64,000 bases of DNA, taken from Terracidiphilus sp. GTDB lineage: Bacteria > Acidobacteriota > Terriglobia > Terriglobales > Acidobacteriaceae. How positions within the stretch are numbered: position 1 is the first letter of the stretch; each line of letters starts with the position of its first letter. Under the pieces are notes generated by a model, which saw nothing but the letters and a program-made list of their open reading frames with translations, was not told the origin of the DNA and ran no database searches. The stretch spans positions 494 to 64,493 of the forward strand of contig DASXFF010000154.1 in NCBI GenBank assembly GCA_036489735.1, written 5' to 3'. The position numbers and the translations under genes are program-made. Positions 58,380 through 64,000 of this stretch are shown here, one piece after another.

Positions 58380-60179
58380 CTAGTTTTGTCTACGCCGGTA
58401 GACGTCGTATCCGCGCAATCGTGCGACAGGCGTAAACTCCCGCATCAGCAGATTCATCAACGCGTCCCGGTTCGGCGTTGGGTCCGTCTTGATCTGCAAA
58501 TCGCGCTTCACAATCAACCAGCGGATGTTCTGTGTTCGCGTCAACTCCGCGGTCTCTGCCGGTGAATAAGGATCGGTCGTGGGATCGAACAGCAGGACCG
58601 GAAACTTCGGCACCCGTCCTGTCGCAAAGTAAAACGGTTCCTCTCCGGGAATCAAAATCAATCCGTCGTCTTGCGGGATATTCGCCGCGGCGTAGCGGAG
58701 GAGCCCGTCGAATTCCGGCAGGTAAGGCCCCGGCGTGGACATGCCTGCAAGCTCAGGAAACGCCGAGTGCTCGACCGGCGCGTTGGGCAAGTTAACGTAG
58801 GAGACCCTTTCTTCGCTGGCGGTGTAGAAGCCTCCGCACACGAGAAGCGTGACGGAGATCAGCGCGGCAAGCGCGGGCACGAACCATCGCGATTCAGCCC
58901 GTGCGGCAGACGGGCCTATCCACGCGAGCAGTTCTGCAACGAGCAGGGCAAACAGTGGCCAGATCGCATACGTCGATCCCCAAAGCTGCTGCGACATGAA
59001 GGTGCCCAAAATTGCCGCCAGCACGATCAGAGGAAACAACGCACGAATGGTCATCTTGCGACGCAGGCAAAGCAGATTGGCGATGACCGCGACGGCGGCA
59101 AACAAGAGCAGCAGCGGCCATAGCGCCAGCAGGTTGTCGCCGCGTGAATCGGCATCGTCGTAGATGAAGAGCGAAGCGAGCGTAAACAGGAATGGCGCGC
59201 CCAGCAGCAGGAATGCCGCGATCCGCGCCCAGCGGACTCTTTGAGCTGCAATCACCATCAGCGCTAATGCAGCGTATACGCAGAGCCCGGTCCACAGTAG
59301 CGTCGGATCGCGAAAGACTGCGAGCATTGTGCCAAAACCCGGTAATCGCCTCTGGCCGGCGAAAGTGATCGTCCAGTAAAAATAATTCCGGACGCCTACG
59401 GTCCAGTGCATCGCCAGCACAGCTGCAAACAGCGTCGCGCACACTCCTCCAAGAACTGCGAGCAGCGTCCGAACCTGCCTCGCTTCATTCGGATCCTCTC
59501 GTCGCCGCATCGCCGCCAACGCCAGCACCACCAGAACCGCCACAACAGTCGCCGCTAGAAACGGCAATCCCATGTTCTGCTTCGTAAAGAGCGGCAGGCA
59601 AAGAGCAAATCCGGCAGCAACGCCACGCGCCACCGTCCTCTTTGTATCTGCGCGCTGCAAAAGCCACAGTGCTACCAGAATCAATAGGGCGCAGTCGCCG
59701 TCGTATTCGGGAGTCGGGACGATGCTGTAATTGCCGAGAACAGCCAGTGGTGCGGCCACCAGCAGCGCTATTGTCGATTCCGTCGTCCATATCTTGGTCT
59801 GGGCCGCCGCGATTCGGCCGCGCAACAATCCAACCGCGATTCTCCAGGTGAGCACCGTGGCCAGCCCGCCCGCGACCGCAACATAAATCACATGATGAAA
59901 ATAGACACGGCCCGTGAAGTGGATAATTGCGGCCTGGATCAGAAATGTGAGCGGCGGATGAACAAACGGAAAGTCTCGATACGGCATCTGCCCAAGCGCG
60001 AAACGCGCTGCGCTGTCGAGCACGTAGCCTGTGTCCCACAGAATCGCGACATGCGCGTTCTGCCACAGCACAACGCAGGCCGTAGCGGCGAATAACCCAA
60101 TGCCCGCGATGAAGTCTCGTGATCGGAAACGCGGCCCCCAAAGCTCGATCTTTTGGGCAGGTGCCGCCGCCTTCACCAT
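58380..60179 (-). CDS. Polytopic membrane protein, probable GT-C-fold glycosyltransferase
   Basis: First loop WD...GQMPYRDF...HPPL, TKQN motif, many TM helices, soluble C-terminal domain; start 60179 or 60206. Confidence 0.6.
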   Translation of the reverse strand: MVKAAAPAQKIELWGPRFRSRDFIAGIGLFAATACVVLWQNAHVAILWDTGYVLDSAARFALGQMPYRDFPFVHPPLTFLIQAAIIHFTGRVYFHHVIYVAVAGGLATVLTWRIAVGLLRGRIAAAQTKIWTTESTIALLVAAPLAVLGNYSIVPTPEYDGDCALLILVALWLLQRADTKRTVARGVAAGFALCLPLFTKQNMGLPFLAATVVAVLVVLALAAMRRREDPNEARQVRTLLAVLGGVCATLFAAVLAMHWTVGVRNYFYWTITFAGQRRLPGFGTMLAVFRDPTLLWTGLCVYAALALMVIAAQRVRWARIAAFLLLGAPFLFTLASLFIYDDADSRGDNLLALWPLLLLFAAVAVIANLLCLRRKMTIRALFPLIVLAAILGTFMSQQLWGSTYAIWPLFALLVAELLAWIGPSAARAESRWFVPALAALISVTLLVCGGFYTASEERVSYVNLPNAPVEHSAFPELAGMSTPGPYLPEFDGLLRYAAANIPQDDGLILIPGEEPFYFATGRVPKFPVLLFDPTTDPYSPAETAELTRTQNIRWLIVKRDLQIKTDPTPNRDALMNLLMREFTPVARLRGYDVYRRRQN

Positions 60180-60373
60180 CCGCGCCGGTAATAGTAGGGG
60201 GCGCAATAAGGCACAGAAAAGATCGCCATCATGAGAGCGACGACCCAGCCGATCAAGGTCCAGCCAAGGAAAAGATTCAGAAACAAAATCGCCATCGAGT
60301 TGTGCGTGTGCCGAACGGCCGCAATGATCGCAGGAAGGAAATATAAACCAATGCCGAAGATCAGGAAATGCAT
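60173..60373 (-). CDS. Superinfection immunity (Imm)-family small membrane protein
   Basis: LYFLPAIIA..R.H.N..AI..LNLFLGWTLIGWVVAL is the Imm-family pattern. Confidence 0.85.
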   Translation of the reverse strand: MHFLIFGIGLYFLPAIIAAVRHTHNSMAILFLNLFLGWTLIGWVVALMMAIFSVPYCAPYYYRRGW

Positions 60374-60566
60374 AGAATCTCCCGCTCGTGTTCCAAAGTG
60401 GATTACGGAGATTCTAACTCCGAAGTTCCTCTGCTTCGCGGCGCAAGGCCGCTAATCTCCTGAAAATACTGTGCATATTTTCGTTGCGCGTCCGCTTTGC
60501 CGCTGCGTATACTCCCGTGGTCTCAAATTGTGCCTCCCCCAACGTTCGATAAAGGAGTGCATCGTC

Positions 60567-60992
60567 ATGGGAAAGATCAATGTAGGCCGCCTGATCCTGG
60601 GCGGAATTGTCGCCGGAATTGCCATCGACGTGCTGGATTATTTCGTGGATGGCATTTGGCTCGCGCCGCGCTGGGCCACTGCGATGGCCGTACTCGGTAA
60701 GGGAGCATTCACGCCGGCTCAGATCATCTGGTTCAACGTGCTCGGAATCCTGACCGGAATTACGGCCATCTGGATTTATGCGGCAATCCGTCCGCGATTC
60801 GGCGCCGGAGTCAAAACGGCAATCTGTGCCGGAATCGCCGTGTGGCTGCTGACTGTCCTGTTCCCCAACGCCGGCTTGATGTATGTTACGAAGTTGTTCC
60901 CGAACCACCTGACGCTGTATACGACGTTGGGCGGTGTGGTTGAGATGGTGTTTGGAACCATCGTCGGGGCGTCGGTCTACCGCGAATCCTAG
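60567..60992 (+). CDS. Hypothetical four-TM membrane protein
   Basis: AAGGAG RBS; hydrophobic helices, YAAIRPRFGAG. Confidence 0.75.
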   Translation: MGKINVGRLILGGIVAGIAIDVLDYFVDGIWLAPRWATAMAVLGKGAFTPAQIIWFNVLGILTGITAIWIYAAIRPRFGAGVKTAICAGIAVWLLTVLFPNAGLMYVTKLFPNHLTLYTTLGGVVEMVFGTIVGASVYRES

Positions 60993-61135
60993 GCCAACCG
61001 CATTCAATCCAAAGCGGTCACAGGCTCGGCTCGTCCCACACGGCTGGTCGAGCCCGGCGCCGCGACGATCAGCTGCACTACTGGCTTGAGGAGACGCATG
61101 TCTTCATCGTTGTGTCCCTCTACAATTGATCCGGT

Positions 61136-62257
61136 ATGCCGACCGTCGTCCGCTCGCGCGCAAAGATCAACCTCGGGCTGTTTCTTGGACCGCCGCGGCC
61201 GGACGGGTTCCATGCTCTCGCCACCGTCTATCAGACTCTGGAAATGCATGATGTTGTTACGGTTACGGCCAAAAAGGCATCGAAAACCACTCTGCATATC
61301 ACCTCCAACGATCCCCGGGTGCCGACGGATGACCGTAACACCGCCTGGCGCATGATTTTGTTGGCTTTAGGGGCACTCGGCGTCAGTGCAGAAGTCGAAG
61401 TCCACATCGATAAGCGGCTTCCGGTTCAAGGAGGCCTCGGCGCCGGCTCCGGCAATGCGGTCGCGGCGCTGGTCGGTCTGGAAGCGGAGCTGAAGGCCGC
61501 AAGTCAGCAAGTCAGCAAGCCGGCAGGCGAGCAAAACGGTCAACTCCCGATGGCAGTTTCACGGTTCCTGAACCGGAGCGGGATGGAGCTTGCCGCCAAA
61601 GTCGGCTCCGACGTTCCGCTTTTTCTCATCGGCGGAACGGTTCTGGGCGTGGATCGTGGGCAGAAGGTATATCCGCTCAACGATATTGAGCCAACCTGGT
61701 GCGTGGTGGCTGTCCCTGAGATCGGCATTTCCACTCCCCAGGCCTTTCGCGATTGGGACTTGGTTTGTGCAGCGGAAGGTTTGACCCAGGAGGCGGGTAC
61801 CGCTAGACTAGAGAAGTTGAGCCGAGACTACGCCAGCGCCTTTCGGGGAGAAGTTCCCGAAGGCGGGTTTGGATCTGGCTCTTCCGGTGTCTTCTCCTTG
61901 GGAGAAGACCTGGCCGGACCTCAAGAAACGACTCACGGGTCTGCGCTTGTCCGCACCGGGATCATGAGCTGGATCGAGAACGACTTTGAGCGCGTTCTGT
62001 TTCCCCAGCATCCTTCCCTTGCAGAGATCAAGCGGCTTCTTTTGGGCTTCGGTACACCGGAGGCAGCCATTTTTGCGTCTCTGTCGGGTTCCGGTTCGGC
62101 GCTCTTCGGGTTGTACCTGACCCGCGGAGATGCGGAAGCGGCAGTAAGTCGCATTGAGAATGAAGTCCGAAACTCGAGAGTGCGGAGCACCACCACGATT
62201 ACGCGCACTCTGCCGCGATCCGAATACTGGAAGCAGATGTTGAAAAACGTTGATTGA
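61136..62257 (+). CDS. ispE: 4-diphosphocytidyl-2C-methyl-D-erythritol kinase
   Basis: AKINLGL...DGFH, KRLPVQGGLGAGS, GSDVP, ENDFE, LSGSGS; synteny with tRNA-Gln and prs. Confidence 0.93.
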   Translation: MPTVVRSRAKINLGLFLGPPRPDGFHALATVYQTLEMHDVVTVTAKKASKTTLHITSNDPRVPTDDRNTAWRMILLALGALGVSAEVEVHIDKRLPVQGGLGAGSGNAVAALVGLEAELKAASQQVSKPAGEQNGQLPMAVSRFLNRSGMELAAKVGSDVPLFLIGGTVLGVDRGQKVYPLNDIEPTWCVVAVPEIGISTPQAFRDWDLVCAAEGLTQEAGTARLEKLSRDYASAFRGEVPEGGFGSGSSGVFSLGEDLAGPQETTHGSALVRTGIMSWIENDFERVLFPQHPSLAEIKRLLLGFGTPEAAIFASLSGSGSALFGLYLTRGDAEAAVSRIENEVRNSRVRSTTTITRTLPRSEYWKQMLKNVD

Positions 62258-62305
62258 CAGTCGTCCAGTGGGCAAGCGAGACTCACCCTCGGCTGACCGT
62301 CATGC

Positions 62306-62379
62306 TGGGCGATCGTTCAATGGTAGGACAATGCCCTTTGGAGGCATTTATCCAGGTTCGAATCCTGGTCGCCCAGCCA
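62306..62379 (+). tRNA. tRNA-Gln(TTG)
   Basis: Acceptor TGGGCGA/TCGCCCA, anticodon arm ATGCC-CTTTGGA-GGCAT, T-loop GGTTCGAATCC, encoded CCA. Confidence 0.97.
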
Positions 62380-62399
62380 GAAAGACAGCTTAAGCCACT

Positions 62400-62484
62400 A
62401 CCTTCTAGCTGCTAGCTTTTCCTGCAAGAAACGGAGATGTTGTTCTCCGCAGCGAGGAGCTGGAAGCTGGCGGCTAGCAGCTAG
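62400..62484. repeat. Inverted degenerate heptamer repeats
   Basis: CTTCTAGCTGCTAGCT ... AGCTGGAAGCTGGCGGCTAGCAGCTAG. Confidence 0.6.
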
Positions 62485-62530
62485 CATTACGAACGCAGCC
62501 ATAGCCAACCAGCATGGAGGTGCTCTCAAG

Positions 62531-63664
62531 ATGGAAGCAGCAACGTCGACAGTAGTACTGGAAAAGAAGCCGGGCGAAACAGGTCCGGAGAAGCCTGAAG
62601 GCGGCAAGGATACACCCAAGAACCCGGCAGTGAGCGTGCCGGCGGGTGGGTCTGGTGACGGCAAGGCCAAGGAGCCGAAGTTGTCTCCTGCTCCGGAGCG
62701 CAAGAAAGCCGCGAAGCTAGGCGAAGACAAACGCTTCAAGCTATTCAGCGGCACGGCCAACCCAAGGCTTGCTCAGTTGATCGGCGAGGATATCGGCGTC
62801 AAGGTCGGTGAGGCCAAGATGCAGCGCTTTGCCGATGGCGAAGTCTATTTCCAGCTTCTCGAGAATGTGCGCGGCGTCGATGTTTTTGTGGTGCAGCCCA
62901 CCTGTTATCCGGTGGACCAGCACCTGGTTGAGTTACTCATTATGATCGATGCACTCAAGCGAGCTTCGGCGGCGCGGATCACTGCGGTGGTTCCGTATTA
63001 CGGCTATGCGCGCCAGGATCGCAAAGACCGGCCGCGGGTCGCCATCAGCGCCAAGCTCATTGCCGACCTGCTGACAACCGCAGGCGCCAATCGCGCGCTG
63101 TTCGTCGATTTGCACGCCGCACAAATTCAGGGCTTCTTCAACATTCCCGTCGATCACATCTTTGCCAGCCCAGTGCTGGTGAGCTATTTCAAGGAACTCA
63201 AGCTACCCAACCTCACGGTGGTTTCACCGGATGCGGGCGGCGTGGAACGGGCTCGCCATTTTGCGCAGAAGATGGAAGTGCCGCTGGCCATCGTCGACAA
63301 GCGGCGTACAGATATCAACGTTGCCGAGGTCATGCACGTAGTCGGCGACGTAAACGGCAAAACCTGCCTCATCATCGACGACATTATCGATACGGCAGGC
63401 ACGCTCGTTAAGACTGTAGACGCGCTTTACGCCTCAGGCGCGACAGCCGTGTATGCCTGCGCCAGCCACGCAGTGCTTTCGGGGCCGGCCATTGACCGCA
63501 TTGCCAATTCGCGGCTGGAACAACTGGTCGTGACCGACACCATTCCATTACGAGAGGCGGCGCACAAGCTGCCCAAGATTAAAGTGCTCTCGATTGCAGG
63601 ATTGCTGGGGACGGCCATCGAGAACATCCATTTGGAAACCAGCGTGAGTACGCTGTTTAGTTGA
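62531..63664 (+). CDS. prs: Ribose-phosphate pyrophosphokinase with N-terminal low-complexity extension
   Basis: FADGE, PYYGYARQDRK, DLHAAQIQGFF, VSPDAGG, DDIIDTAGT. Confidence 0.96.
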   Translation: MEAATSTVVLEKKPGETGPEKPEGGKDTPKNPAVSVPAGGSGDGKAKEPKLSPAPERKKAAKLGEDKRFKLFSGTANPRLAQLIGEDIGVKVGEAKMQRFADGEVYFQLLENVRGVDVFVVQPTCYPVDQHLVELLIMIDALKRASAARITAVVPYYGYARQDRKDRPRVAISAKLIADLLTTAGANRALFVDLHAAQIQGFFNIPVDHIFASPVLVSYFKELKLPNLTVVSPDAGGVERARHFAQKMEVPLAIVDKRRTDINVAEVMHVVGDVNGKTCLIIDDIIDTAGTLVKTVDALYASGATAVYACASHAVLSGPAIDRIANSRLEQLVVTDTIPLREAAHKLPKIKVLSIAGLLGTAIENIHLETSVSTLFS

Positions 63665-63853
63665 GTGATCAGTGGTCGGTGACCGGTGATCTGTCATGCA
63701 TACCGGCTAGTTGATGATCTTGGTTGTCGAGTGTTTGTTTTTTGACCACTGACCACTGTGCACTGATCACTGGCCTTCACAAAGGGAGCGGAAACATCAG
63801 CGACGAGTGACAAACTCCTGGGGCTAAGAGCTAGGAGCTGGAAGCTGGGAGCT
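63664..63853. repeat. Inverted heptamer-repeat arms plus an AGCT-core heptamer tract
   Basis: AGTGATCAGTG (63664)/CACTGATCACT (63761), GACCACTGACCACT, AAGAGCTAGGAGCTGGAAGCTGGGAGCT. Confidence 0.65.
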
Positions 63854-63898
63854 GATTTACTCCGTGCCCGATCTTTCAAAGAAACGAGAAAACGAGAA

Positions 63899-64000
63899 AT
63901 GCCAGAAGTAGTCGTAGCCAAAACCCGCGAGGGTAAATTCAACAAGAACGCAGCGCGCCGCGTGCGCGCCGCAGGCAAGATTCCGGCCGTGCTGTATGGT
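63899..64000 (+). CDS. rplY: 50S ribosomal protein L25/Ctc, 5' part (runs off window)
   Basis: Own translation MPEVVVAKTREGKFNKNAARRVRAAGKIPAVLYG; follows prs. Confidence 0.93.
   Translation, partial: MPEVVVAKTREGKFNKNAARRVRAAGKIPAVLYG

Noticed and set aside
62306-62400. Genomic island integrated at tRNA-Gln
   Set aside because: No duplicated tRNA 3' end was seen, and the ispE-tRNA-prs-rplY synteny is intact.

Overview
A GC-rich bacterial chromosomal segment, most likely from an Acidobacteriaceae-type organism. This is inferred from the PadR plus duplicated 'orphan' permease pair, a VWA-like secreted protein, mqnE and the style of the intergenic palindromes. It holds about 65 CDSs, mostly housekeeping or metabolic: mqnE, ihfB-like, pgeF, cydAB, hemG/hemY, trpC, trpF, a Y-family polymerase, ispE, tRNA-Gln, prs and the start of rplY. 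No integrase, transposase, CRISPR array or prophage is visible. The most unusual signal is small accessory cargo sitting just downstream of resident genes, with a second copy of that gene's last codons and stop beyond the cargo. This is clear for mqnE (23-bp exact duplication) and a GT-C-like membrane gene (23/25 nt), and weak for cydB. It suggests integrase-free gene acquisition by 3'-end replacement. Other signals: several dispersed REP-like families with one composite array and one nested copy, heptamer/octamer repeat scars near ispE-tRNA-prs-rplY, three CRP/FNR-type boxes over a low-oxygen heme/cytochrome bd cluster, and three small ORFs missed by the ORF track. All calls come from motif recognition by eye; no searches were run.
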